A stretch of 64,000 nt of DNA from an uncultured delta proteobacterium. GTDB taxonomy: Bacteria > Desulfobacterota > Binatia > UBA9968. The stretch spans positions 54,848 through 118,847 of the forward strand of contig CAVXEP010000009.1 in NCBI GenBank assembly GCA_963760795.1, written 5' to 3'. Below are positions 28,615 to 38,508 of this stretch, piece after piece (the first letter of the stretch is position 1; each line of letters begins with the position of its first letter). Made by a program: the position numbers and the translations under genes. The notes below the pieces were generated by a model. It did no database searches. It saw nothing but the letters and a program-made list of their open reading frames with translations, and was not told where the DNA came from.

Positions 28615-30225
28615 ATGTCCAAGTTCGCCGAATTCTCGACCCGCTATTTCAAACAATACTTCGACCTCCATCCCACCGACGCCATCTATTACGGCATCGA
28701 AGGTTACGATCACCTGCTCAACGATTACTCGGACAAAAGCTACAAAGCCGAGAAAATTTTTGTCAAAGAGTCGCTGCGCAAGCTGCGCGAAATCTCCCCG
28801 GCCGAGTTGAGCGCCGATGAGGCCATCGACTACGCCCTGCTCGAAGGACGGCTCTCGATCCAGAGTTATGAGCAAGCCAAGGAAGACTATCGTCTCAAAC
28901 AACCGGACACCTACTCGCCCACCGAGGCGATTTATATTCTCACCGTGCGGGCGACCAACGACCTCGCCGGCAACTTGCTGAGCCGCCTCGATCGCACGCC
29001 GGCGCTGATCCAGCAGGGCATTACCAACCTAAACCGCAAAGACGCCAATCCGCCCAAGCTCTGGACCGAGAACGCCATCGAAGGCGCCAAAGGCGGCATC
29101 AGCTTTCTCGACAGCCTGGCTGAGCATCCGAAAGTGCAAGCCGCGGCCATCGACGCGAACACGCTCACTGCCGCCATCGAAAAGGCCAAGAGCGCGATCA
29201 ATGATTTCGCCAACTTTCTCCAACGCCATCTGCTGCCGCGCAGCAACGCCAGCTACGCCGTCGGCGAAGAGCACTTCAATTTACTCTTGAAGAAGAAACA
29301 CTTCCTCGACCACGACGCGCACAGCCTGCTCGCTTCAGGCGAGAGTCTCTTCGCCAAGACCAAGCTCGAGCTCGAAGCCTTGGCCGATGAGCTGGCGCCG
29401 GGCAAAGGCGTCGAAGCGGTAGCAAGAGCGATCCAGGAGAACCATCCGTCGAGCGAACAAATATTGTCGGTCTACGACCAGGCCATGAGCGCGGCGCGGG
29501 AATTCGTCCGCGCTAAGAAGCTGGTCAGCTTTCCCGCCAAGGAAGAGCTCCACGTCGTCCACACGCCGGTGTTTCGCCGCCACGAGATTCCCTTCGCCGC
29601 TTATCTTTCGCCGTCGCCCAAAGATCCCAATCAGGTGGGCTATTATTATGTCACGCCAGTGGCGAGCGACGATCTGCTGCGCGAGCACAACTACGTCGGC
29701 CTCGAAAACACCTCGGTGCACGAAAGCTATCCGGGACATCACCTGCAATTTTCCATCGCCAACTGCACGCCCGCCGCCGCGACTTTGCCGCGGCTGATGA
29801 ACGAGTCGTCGGTGTTTTACGAAGGCTGGGCGCTCTACTGCGAGCAGCTGATGCAAGAGCAAGGTTTTCTGAAATCGCCGGAGCACCGCTTCGTCATGCT
29901 CAAAGACCGCCTCTGGCGTGCTTTGCGAATCATCATCGACGTCAAAACCCAGACCGGCAAGCTCAGCTACGACGAAGCGGCGGACTTAATGGTGCGCGAA
30001 CTGCACTTCCCGCGCGAACAAGCCTGCGGCGATTTGAACTGGTACAGCCAGTCGCCGTCCGTGCCGATGGGCTACGCATTGGGCTGGTCGATCATCAACC
30101 GCCTGCGCGATCAAGAACAAAAACGCTTGGGCGGCAAATTCAACCTATGCGAATTCCACGACAAACTGTTGAGCAGCGGCAGTATCTCTTTGCCTCTAGT
30201 AGAAAAACGACATTTCATCCGATGA
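28615..30225 (+). CDS. DUF885 family protein (putative metallopeptidase)
   Basis: HESYPGHHLQ, EGWALYCE, RALRIIIDV motifs. Confidence 0.9.
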   Translation: MSKFAEFSTRYFKQYFDLHPTDAIYYGIEGYDHLLNDYSDKSYKAEKIFVKESLRKLREISPAELSADEAIDYALLEGRLSIQSYEQAKEDYRLKQPDTYSPTEAIYILTVRATNDLAGNLLSRLDRTPALIQQGITNLNRKDANPPKLWTENAIEGAKGGISFLDSLAEHPKVQAAAIDANTLTAAIEKAKSAINDFANFLQRHLLPRSNASYAVGEEHFNLLLKKKHFLDHDAHSLLASGESLFAKTKLELEALADELAPGKGVEAVARAIQENHPSSEQILSVYDQAMSAAREFVRAKKLVSFPAKEELHVVHTPVFRRHEIPFAAYLSPSPKDPNQVGYYYVTPVASDDLLREHNYVGLENTSVHESYPGHHLQFSIANCTPAAATLPRLMNESSVFYEGWALYCEQLMQEQGFLKSPEHRFVMLKDRLWRALRIIIDVKTQTGKLSYDEAADLMVRELHFPREQACGDLNWYSQSPSVPMGYALGWSIINRLRDQEQKRLGGKFNLCEFHDKLLSSGSISLPLVEKRHFIR

Positions 30226-30236
30226 TCGAGACCGCC

Positions 30237-30321
30237 TGGAACCGTTGGAACAATTGGAACGGCTGGAACGGGGCCGCGTCGCAGATTCGTTCCAAAGGTT
30301 CCATTCGTTCCAGGAGTTCCA
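30237..30321. repeat. Inverted pair of 9-bp-period arrays: TGGAAC x4 / GTTCCA x4
   Basis: TGGAAC at 30237/46/55/64; GTTCCA at 30289/98/307/316; includes the nfo SD. Confidence 0.88.
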
Positions 30322-31212
30322 ATGGTAACAAAGACTAAAGAAAAACCACGCGGCCCGCTACTCGGCGCCCACATGTCCATCGCCGGCGGCGTCGGCAACG
30401 CCTTTCTCGAAGGCCAAAAAGTTGCCTGCGAGGCGATTCAGATTTTCACCAAGTCGTCGCGCCAGTGGGCGTCAAAACCGTTGAGCAAGGACGAAATCGC
30501 CCAGTTCCATGCCAACCGCAAAGAAACCGGCATCGCGTCGGTGGTCGCCCACGATTCCTATTTGCTCAATCTCGGCTCCCCCGACCCGGCCTTGCGCATG
30601 CGTTCCGTCGCCGCGTTCATCGACGAAATGGAACGCTGCGAAGTTCTCGGCGTGTCGCACTTGATCGCCCACCCCGGCGCCCATGTCGGCGCCGGTGAAG
30701 TCGAAGGGATCAAGACAATTGCCAAGTCGTTGGACGAAGTTCACCAGGCCTGCCCTGGCTTCGAGGTCAAGATCACTCTGGAAATCACCGCCGGCCAGGG
30801 TTCCAACCTGGGCTATCGCTTCGAGCAGATCGGCGACATGATGGATGCAACGAAAGAGAACGAACGGCTGCGCGTTTGTTTCGATACGGAACATGCCTTC
30901 GCCGCCGGTTACGACATTCGCACGAAAGAAGGTTACGAGCGGACGTTTGCCGAGTTCGATAAAACCATCGGCATCAAGCTGCTAGCGGCGTTTCATTTGA
31001 ACGACTCGAAAAAAGAATTCCACTCCCGAGTCGACCGCCACGAACATATCGGCCAAGGCTTCATCGGCGTCGAAGCCTTTCGGCTTTTAATGAACGACCA
31101 ACGCTTCTGGGGCCTGCCCATGTGCTTGGAAACGCCGAAGGGACCGGATCTAAAAGAAGACCGCGAGAATCTGACACTGCTGCGCAGTCTTGATCGCAAG
31201 GGTAAGTCTTAA
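30322..31212 (+). CDS. nfo: Endonuclease IV
   Basis: GAHMSIAGG, HDSYLLNL, HPG, LEITAGQG, CFDTEH, HLNDSK, DRHEHIG, LETP. Confidence 0.96.
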   Translation: MVTKTKEKPRGPLLGAHMSIAGGVGNAFLEGQKVACEAIQIFTKSSRQWASKPLSKDEIAQFHANRKETGIASVVAHDSYLLNLGSPDPALRMRSVAAFIDEMERCEVLGVSHLIAHPGAHVGAGEVEGIKTIAKSLDEVHQACPGFEVKITLEITAGQGSNLGYRFEQIGDMMDATKENERLRVCFDTEHAFAAGYDIRTKEGYERTFAEFDKTIGIKLLAAFHLNDSKKEFHSRVDRHEHIGQGFIGVEAFRLLMNDQRFWGLPMCLETPKGPDLKEDRENLTLLRSLDRKGKS

Positions 31213-31983
31213 CCCTCGCCCATTCCGATGGGAGAGGGAAGGGTGAGGGCGAGTCAACGCCGGAATCGAAATCCCCGGGAAGAACCACTGCACGGCGAGA
31301 CCGATCAGATAACCCAAGCCCCCGGCGCTCACCGCGACCCCAAAGAATTTACTCCCAGAAACCAGCATGGACTGGCCGGCGAGATGGCCCTTGAACGCTC
31401 CGACGCCAAACAGAGTCACTGCGCTCAAGAAAACCGACAGGTAGAGCGCCGCGCTCCCGCCCATCGCGATAAACGGCACGATCGGGATGATCGCGCCGAC
31501 GATGAACGAGAGTCCCATCACGAGTGCCGCCTTAAACGGCTGATTGATTTCCGCGCTGCCCAGACCGAAAACTTTTTCTTGAAAGGTGCGCATGAAAACG
31601 TTGCGTTCGGCGAGCAGCACTTTCACCATGCGGTAGCTCTGTTCCTTGCTCAGCCCTTCCTCGCCCAAGGCTTTTAGCAATCCCTCCGCCGCGATGTAGG
31701 GTTCGCGCTCGGCGAGCTTTTCCGCGTCGACCAGCTCCTTGTCGAATATGTCTTTTTGCGCGCCGGAGGAAAGATAGGAACCGGTGGCCATGGAGATCGC
31801 ACCGGAAAACATCGCGGTGAAGCCGGTGACGATGACCACGAGATCGCTTTCGGTCGCGCTTTGGATGCCGGCGAGCAGACCGACGGTGCTGATCAGGCCG
31901 TCCTGGATGCCGAAGACAAACTCGCGAATGCGCGCGCGGCTTTCGATGACCTGCTTTTTTTGCTGAATGGCGTCGAGAGACAT
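31150..31983 (-). CDS. VIT1/CCC1 family Fe/Mn transporter
   Basis: REFVFGIQDGLIST, SMATGSYLS, SFIVGAIIP; the true 3' end may lie near 31254. Confidence 0.9.
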   Translation of the reverse strand: MSLDAIQQKKQVIESRARIREFVFGIQDGLISTVGLLAGIQSATESDLVVIVTGFTAMFSGAISMATGSYLSSGAQKDIFDKELVDAEKLAEREPYIAAEGLLKALGEEGLSKEQSYRMVKVLLAERNVFMRTFQEKVFGLGSAEINQPFKAALVMGLSFIVGAIIPIVPFIAMGGSAALYLSVFLSAVTLFGVGAFKGHLAGQSMLVSGSKFFGVAVSAGGLGYLIGLAVQWFFPGISIPALTRPHPSLSHRNGRGLRLTLAIKTAQQCQILAVFF

Positions 31984-32111
31984 TGGAATAAATCAAGTTA
32001 GACGACAGCGCAAAATGAAAAATGCAAACTGTCAGACATGAGAGGCGAGGTCGCGCTTCTTCAAGTTTTACCTTTTGCACTTTGCACTCTTCAATTTTGC
32101 ATTGCATGAAT

Positions 32112-32645
32112 TCAGTATTTCAGCGCCAAATCCCCGGTCGCGTCGCCGGGTTTCCACTCGGAGGGGCAAAGCCGCTCGGTGCGGAGCGCCCGCAATACGC
32201 GCAACGTTTCTTCCACGCTGCGCCCGACATTGACATGGCTGACCACTTGATAGCTGATGACACCGGCCGGGTTGATGATAAACGTTGCGCGCAAGGCCAC
32301 GCCGGCTTTTTCATCGAGCACGCCGTAAGCGCTGCTCAACGTCTTCGTTTCATCGCTTAGCAGAGGCGAGTCCAAACCGCCCAACTCTGCGGACCACGAC
32401 TTATGGCTGTCGATGGAATCGACACTCACGCCCCATACCAAGGCATTTTCCGCGGCGAAGTCTTTCACGGCTTTGCTGAAACCGGTGACTTCGGTCGGAC
32501 AGATAAACGTAAAGTCGGCCGGATAGAAAAACAGCACGAGCCATTTGCCTTTGCTGGCAGTGAGAGAATACTCGCTGACCTGGTCGCGCAGGATCCCTTT
32601 GACTTTGAAATCCGGCGCCTGATCGCCGATGCGCAACAGATTCAT
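32112..32645 (-). CDS. ahpC: 2-Cys peroxiredoxin (AhpC/TSA)
   Basis: FFYPADFTFICPTE; GRSVEETLR; LCPSEW. Confidence 0.88.
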   Translation of the reverse strand: MNLLRIGDQAPDFKVKGILRDQVSEYSLTASKGKWLVLFFYPADFTFICPTEVTGFSKAVKDFAAENALVWGVSVDSIDSHKSWSAELGGLDSPLLSDETKTLSSAYGVLDEKAGVALRATFIINPAGVISYQVVSHVNVGRSVEETLRVLRALRTERLCPSEWKPGDATGDLALKY

Positions 32646-32723
32646 AACAACTCCAAACGGACTTAACCGGTTCTGCGGTCTGCTTAGTTTTTACTTTTGC
32701 CTTTTTACTTTTCTCTTGCGATC

Positions 32724-33407
32724 TCAAGGTATGGTCTGCCACAGCGAAAACCCATCCTTGGCATTGGCCGGCGCCGCCGCGATGAACCAGGCCTCTTCAT
32801 CGCTACCGGCTCTGAGCAGGCCAAAAAAATAGATCCGCAACATCTGCTCGATCAGTTGCGGAAACGGCAGATCGCGCTTAGGCTGGTACCAGGTGTATAT
32901 CCAGTTCATCATGCCAAACAGCGAGAACGTCGCCAGCCGCAGGTCCATCCCCCTGCCGCCATTCTGCTTTTGCAGCTCGCCGAGCAAATCCATGATCACT
33001 TTGACATAGCGGCGCTTGAGCACGAGGATCTTGACGTCGAACTCGCCGGTCAGCGATTCGTCCTCATGGGCCATGACTTTCATCTCCGGCATGTTGTGCA
33101 GAAAAAAGCCCAGATGATTTTCGGCGAAAGCGCGTATCCGCCCGCGCACGTCCGAGCCCGGCCTGTCGATCTGTTCCCAATGTTCGAGCAAGGTCACGAA
33201 GCAGCGTTCTTGTATCAGATAGAGCAGCTCTTCCTTGGTCGTGAAGTAATAGTACAGGCCCGACAAACTCATCTTGGTAGCGCGCGAAATATCGCGCACC
33301 GAAGTGTGATGAAAGCCTTTCTCGGCGAAAATCTTCGCCGCGCTCTTGAGAATCAATTGCAGCTTTTCGTCGTAATGACGGGTTGCGGGTTCGGCGCGGC
33401 TGGACAT
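32724..33407 (-). CDS. TetR family regulator (PaaR/KstR2-like), divergent from the paa genes
   Basis: KGFHHTSVRDIS..GLYYYFTTKE; GMMNWIYTWY; start moved to ATG 33407. Confidence 0.88.
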   Translation of the reverse strand: MSSRAEPATRHYDEKLQLILKSAAKIFAEKGFHHTSVRDISRATKMSLSGLYYYFTTKEELLYLIQERCFVTLLEHWEQIDRPGSDVRGRIRAFAENHLGFFLHNMPEMKVMAHEDESLTGEFDVKILVLKRRYVKVIMDLLGELQKQNGGRGMDLRLATFSLFGMMNWIYTWYQPKRDLPFPQLIEQMLRIYFFGLLRAGSDEEAWFIAAAPANAKDGFSLWQTIP

Positions 33408-33928
33408 GGCTGCACGAATACTTGCAAATCGATTCCGGGCTGTCAAATGACAGCGATCTGAAGCGCAGCACAGCCGCAATCGAAGAGAAACATGGCCGCA
33501 AAGAACGCAAAGGGCGCAAAAACAGAAAAGGGATTCGTGAGGGCGGCTTTGAGACCTGCCCTCTGGGAGTTGGCGCATCGGAAAATTTGCGCAAGCTGCG
33601 CAAACCTTGAACTACGAAGATCACGAAGTTCGGAATGTTTGTTTTTTGCAACCTTCGTGTCGTGCGTGAACTCCTGCGAAAATACCGGGCATGGGTTTGT
33701 CGGATGTGGTGACCAAAGGGAATCGTCATCGTTGGTAAGTCGCATTCGTTCGATGCGGTTCGAGGACTCACCACATCCTACGGGTTTCGCCATTTATGAT
33801 TTTCCGTAGGTGTGAGTAAGCACATGAAACATTTCGTGGTGAAAAGGGTTTCTCTCAGTGGCTCACGCCCGGCGGAGCTTTTCTTGAATCGCCACCTACC
33901 ATGGTGTATGTCTTTAGAGTCAAACAAC

Positions 33929-34702
33929 ATGAATTACGAAAACGTTATCGTCGCCAGAGACGGCGCCATCGCCGTGGTTACTTTGAACCGTCCGCAAGCT
34001 CTCAATGCGCTGTCCTACGGCCTGGTCAAAGATCTTTCTCTGGCCATGCAGGAGCTCGACCAGGACGCCGAAGTGCGCGTCATCGTCGTCACCGGCGGTG
34101 ACAAAGTCTTCGCCGCCGGCGCCGACATCAAGGAAATGGCCGACAAGGGTCCCTTCGACGCCATGGTTCAAGAGCGCCTCGCCTACCGCGATAAGATCAA
34201 TAAGATCGCCAAGCCGGTGATCGCCGCGGTGATCGGCTTTGCCCTGGGCGGCGGCTGCGAGTTGGCGATGAGCTGCGACATCATCGTCGCCGCTGAGAAC
34301 GCCCGCTTCGGCCAGCCGGAAGTCAATCTGGGAATCATTCCCGGCAGCGGCGGCACCCAACGGCTGACGCACTTGTTGGGCAAGCATCGCGCCATGGAGC
34401 TGGTGCTCACCGGCGATATGCTCAATGCCACCGACGCCGAGCGGATTGGCCTGGTCAACCGCGTGGTTCCCGCCGAACTCTGTCTCGAAGAAGCGCTGAA
34501 CATCGCCAAGAAGATCGCCGCGAAACCCCAGCTGGCGGTCAAAGCCGCCAAAGAAGCGGTGCTGAAATCGGCCAACACCGGCCTCGACGAAGGCTTGGAG
34601 TTCGAGCGCAAGGCATTTTATCTATTGTTCGCCTCGGCAGACCGCAGCGAAGGCATGAAGGCGTTTCTCGAAAAGCGCAAAGCGGAATTCATAGGTAAGT
34701 AA
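33929..34702 (+). CDS. paaF: Enoyl-CoA hydratase (PaaF-like)
   Basis: FAAGADIKEM, GGGCELAMSCD, FGQPEVNLGIIPG; operon context. Confidence 0.8.
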   Translation: MNYENVIVARDGAIAVVTLNRPQALNALSYGLVKDLSLAMQELDQDAEVRVIVVTGGDKVFAAGADIKEMADKGPFDAMVQERLAYRDKINKIAKPVIAAVIGFALGGGCELAMSCDIIVAAENARFGQPEVNLGIIPGSGGTQRLTHLLGKHRAMELVLTGDMLNATDAERIGLVNRVVPAELCLEEALNIAKKIAAKPQLAVKAAKEAVLKSANTGLDEGLEFERKAFYLLFASADRSEGMKAFLEKRKAEFIGK

Positions 34703-34708
34703 ATCACC

Positions 34709-35488
34709 GTGGCCCACGAAACGATCATTTACGAGAAGCAGAACGGCGTGGCGACCATCACGCTCAACCGGCCCCAGGCGCTCAACGCTTTCGTGCCGCA
34801 GATGAACAAAGAAGTGCTCGAAGCGCTGCGCGACGGCGAACGGGACAAGGAAGTTCGCTGCTTCATGATCACCGGCGCGGGCCGGGCCTTTTGTGCCGGC
34901 CAGGATTTAAAAGGTCGCACGCCCGAGCAAAAAGGTTCGTTGGGCGCGTCGTTGCGGGAAAAGTACAATCCGATGATCCGGCAGATTCGCGGCATGGAGA
35001 AGATCGTCATCGCCGCGGTCAACGGCGTTGCCGCCGGCGCCGGCTGCAACTTCGCCTTGGCCTGCGATCTGCGCGTCGCCTCGGAGGAAGCCAAGTTCAT
35101 TCAATCCTTCGTGCGCGTCGGCCTGGCGCCCGACTCCGGCGGCAGTTTTATCCTGACCCGGCTGGTCGGACTGAGCAAAGCGATGGAATTATTATTATTG
35201 GGCGACACCGTTGACGCCAAGGAAGCCCAGCGCATCGGCCTGGTGGCGCGGGTCTTTCCAGCCGCGGAATTCGCAGCGTCGGCACGAGCGATTGCCGAAC
35301 AGGTAGCCAAAGCGCCGCGCGGCATCGGCCTGATCAAACGCGCGGTCAATCATGCCAATTTACCGAACGTCGAAGCCGACCTCGAATACGAAGCAAATTT
35401 ACAGGAAATCGCCGGCCGCAGCAGCGACTATGACGAAGGCGTGAAAGCGTTCTTGGAAAAACGCACGCCGGTGTTTACCGGCAAATAA
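34709..35488 (+). CDS. paaG: Enoyl-CoA isomerase (PaaG-like)
   Basis: FCAGQDL, YNPMIR, AAGAGCNFALACD, GLAPDSGG. Confidence 0.82.
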   Translation: MAHETIIYEKQNGVATITLNRPQALNAFVPQMNKEVLEALRDGERDKEVRCFMITGAGRAFCAGQDLKGRTPEQKGSLGASLREKYNPMIRQIRGMEKIVIAAVNGVAAGAGCNFALACDLRVASEEAKFIQSFVRVGLAPDSGGSFILTRLVGLSKAMELLLLGDTVDAKEAQRIGLVARVFPAAEFAASARAIAEQVAKAPRGIGLIKRAVNHANLPNVEADLEYEANLQEIAGRSSDYDEGVKAFLEKRTPVFTGK

Positions 35489-35560
35489 TGAATCGTTTCG
35501 AGTTCCGTGTTTTGAGTTAGAACCCGAAACCCTAGACTGGCAACACGAAACAAGAAACAC

Positions 35561-37161
35561 ATGGCTAACTCAACTGAAAAAATCGCCGTACTAGGCGCCG
35601 GCACCATGGGCGCGGGCATCGCCCAGGTCGCCGCCCAAGCCGGCTTCCAAACTCTCCTCTACGATATCAAGCAAGAGTTCATCGACGTGGGCATGGGGAA
35701 AATCAAAAGTTTTCTCCAAGGCAGCCGCGAGCGCGGCAAGATCAGCGCAGAGCAAGAAGAAGAAAGTCTCGACCGTTTTCACACCAGCACCAGCCTCGAC
35801 GATACCAAGGGGAGCGCGCTGGTGATCGAGGCGGCACCGGAAAAGCTCGAACTCAAGCGCGACATCTTCAAGCAGTTGGACGCCATCTGCGGCGCGGAGA
35901 CTTTGCTGGCGACCAATACTTCATCGTTCAACGTCACCGCCATCGCCGCCGCGACACAGCACCAGGAGCGCGTGCTCGGACTGCATTTTTTCAATCCGCC
36001 GCCGCTCATGGCCTTGGTCGAAGTCATCCAGGGCGACCGCACCAGTGACGAGAGCATTGAGAAAGCCACCGCGCTCATGAAAGCGATGGGTAAAACGCCG
36101 GCGCGCGCCAAGGACACGCCGGGTTTCATCGTCAACCGGGTCGCCCGGCCATTTTACAACGAAGGGTTGCGCGTGCTCGGCGACGGCAACGCTTCGGTGG
36201 AAACCATCGACCGCATCATGAAAGAAGCCGGCAACTTTCGCATGGGGCCGTTCGAGCTGATGGACTTGATCGGCAACGACATCAACTTCGCCGCCACCGA
36301 ATCGCTCTATCGCTCGTTCTTCGAAGATCCGCGCTTTCGCCCGAGCCCGATCCAGCAGCGCATGGTCGCCGGCGGCAATCTCGGGCGCAAGACCGGACGA
36401 GGGTTTTACAGCTATGACAAAAAGTAGTCTCGCGGTCATCGGCAGAGGCCGATTGGCCGATGAATTAGTCGCCTTGGGACGGGAGAAAGGGTTCGACGTC
36501 GCGCAGTTGCACGACGCCACCGCGATCGCGCCGACCAGCCAATTCGTCATCGATACCGAGAACGGCAGCGAAGACAAAAAGCGCGCGGTCTTGCAGCGCC
36601 TCGACGCCTCGCTCCCGGCGCCGGGGATCATTGTCAGCTCCTGCCTGCGTTTTTCGCACGACCTTGATGGCTTCATGGATAAAAAAACCCGAGCGGGTCG
36701 TCGGCTTCGCGACATTCTATCCGTTGAAGGATCGCAAATTGGTCGAGCTCGGCGCCGGCTTGCGCACGTTAGATAAGTCGGTGGAGCAGACCGAGCAGCT
36801 GTTCAAAAACCTCGGCAAAGACGCCGTGCGCGTCAAGGATACCGCCGGACTGACCTTTCCGCGGATTTTGAGTTTGATCGTCAACGAAGCGGCGCGTAGC
36901 TTGGACGAAGGCGTCGCCAGCGCCGAAGAGATCGACATCGCCATGCGTCTGGGCGTGAACTATCCCCAGGGGCCGCTGCGCTGGGCCGATCAGATCGGCC
37001 TCGACGATGTTCTCGCTGTCCTCGAAGGACTGCAACGGGAAACCGGCGACGACCGTTACCGGCCGGCGACGCTGCTCAAGAAACTCGTCACCGCCGGTTA
37101 TCTCGGCGAAACCAGCGGCAGAGGATTTTATTCGCATAACGAAGGTCAGGTGAAATCATGA
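35561..37161 (+). CDS. paaH: 3-hydroxyacyl-CoA dehydrogenase (PaaH), split by frameshifts near 36420 and 36655
   Basis: [19 protein letters not shown]; removing one A from the run near 36420 fuses ORF 35561-36427 to the duplicated C-terminal domain (LGVNYPQGP). Confidence 0.8.
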
Positions 37162-38361
37162 GAGAAGCCGTCATCGTCGAAGCAGTGCGCACGCCCATGG
37201 GCCGCCATAGCGGCATTTTCAAAGACATTCGCACCGACGATCTCGCCGCCTACATCATCGGCAAGATGGTCGAAAAGACCGGCATCAATAAAGACGAGAT
37301 CGAAGACGTCTACTTCGGCTGCACCAATCAGGCCGGCGAAGATTCGCGCAACGTCGCGCGCAACGCTTCCCTGCTCGCCGGTCTGCCCTACACGGTTCCC
37401 GGCGCAACGGTCAATCGCCTGTGCGGCTCCGGCCTCGAAGCGATCAATCAGGCGGGCCGCGCGGTGGAAACCGATCACGGCGACCTGTTCGTCGCCGGCG
37501 GCGTCGAAAGCATGACCCGCGGCCCCTGGGTCATGGGCAAACCGGCCAATCCGTTTCAGCGCGGCGATATTCACATGTACGACAGCTCCCTCGGCTGGCG
37601 TTTTCCCAACCAGCGCATGGGCGAACTCTATTCGCTGATCAATAATGGCGAGACCGCCGAGAATGTCGCCGAGAAACATAACATCAACCGTGAAGATCAA
37701 GACAAGCTCGCGCTGGCGAGCCATCAGAAAGCGTTGCAGGCGCAAAAAGACGGCCGGCTCAAAGACGAAATCATCCCCTTCGAAATTCCCCAGCGCAAAG
37801 GCGCGCCGCTGGTGCATGACAAAGATGAAGGGCCGCGGTCCGACACGACATTGGAAATCCTCGCCGAGCTTGCAACCGGCTTTCAAAAAGGGCGGCAGCG
37901 TCACGGCCGGGAATTCCTCGCCGCTTTCCGACGGCGCCGCGGCGCTGCTGATCACGACACCGCAAAAAGCCGAACAGTTGAAACTCAAACCGCTGGCGCG
38001 CATCGTCGCCTCGGCCGCCGCCGGAGTGCATCCGAACTACATGGGCATCGGGCCGATTCCGGCGACGCAGAAAGCCTTGAAGCGCGCCGGTCTGACCATC
38101 GATCAGATCGATCTCGTCGAGTTGAACGAGGCCTTTGCCTCCCAGGTCTTGGCTTGCTGCCGCGAGTTGGGCATCGATTTGAACCGGCTCAACGTCAACG
38201 GCGGCGCCATCGCCCTGGGCCATCCGCTCGGCTGCAGCGGCGCGCGCATGATGACGACCCTAGTGCATGAAATGAAAAAACGCGGCAGCCGTTACGGCCT
38301 GGCGACCATGTGCATCGGCGTCGGCCAGGGCATCGCCACCATCGTCGAACGAGTGAATTGA
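37158..38361 (+). CDS. paaJ: Beta-ketoacyl-CoA thiolase (PaaJ-like), frameshift near 37858
   Basis: NRLCGSG, NEAFA, GHPLG, CIGVGQG; [12 protein letters not shown] is typical of PaaJ/PcaF. Confidence 0.82.
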
Positions 38362-38508
38362 GCTTAACAGCGCGCTACTCACGTCTTGCCGCCAGCCGGG
38401 CGCGCCTACGGTTATCTTCCAGCGCCGCGATGTCAATCCACGCCTCCTGCTTGGCGGCGAAGTTTTTAATCAGCCGACGCACCCTGCTGGCCCGCCCACG
38501 CCGGCGCC

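Noticed and set aside
32112-32645. Peroxiredoxin as a second selenoprotein
   Set aside because: Both redox residues are ordinary Cys codons, with no in-frame TGA
33407-33929. N-terminal extensions of TetR and PaaF, and small ORFs between them
   Set aside because: The region is made of intergenic repeats (CGCAAAG, CACGAAG types) and promoter DNA; family homology starts at 33407 and 33929
35561-37161. Naturally split PaaH or programmed frameshift
   Set aside because: Single-base changes in A/T runs restore one ordinary PaaH, and the window has many similar indels
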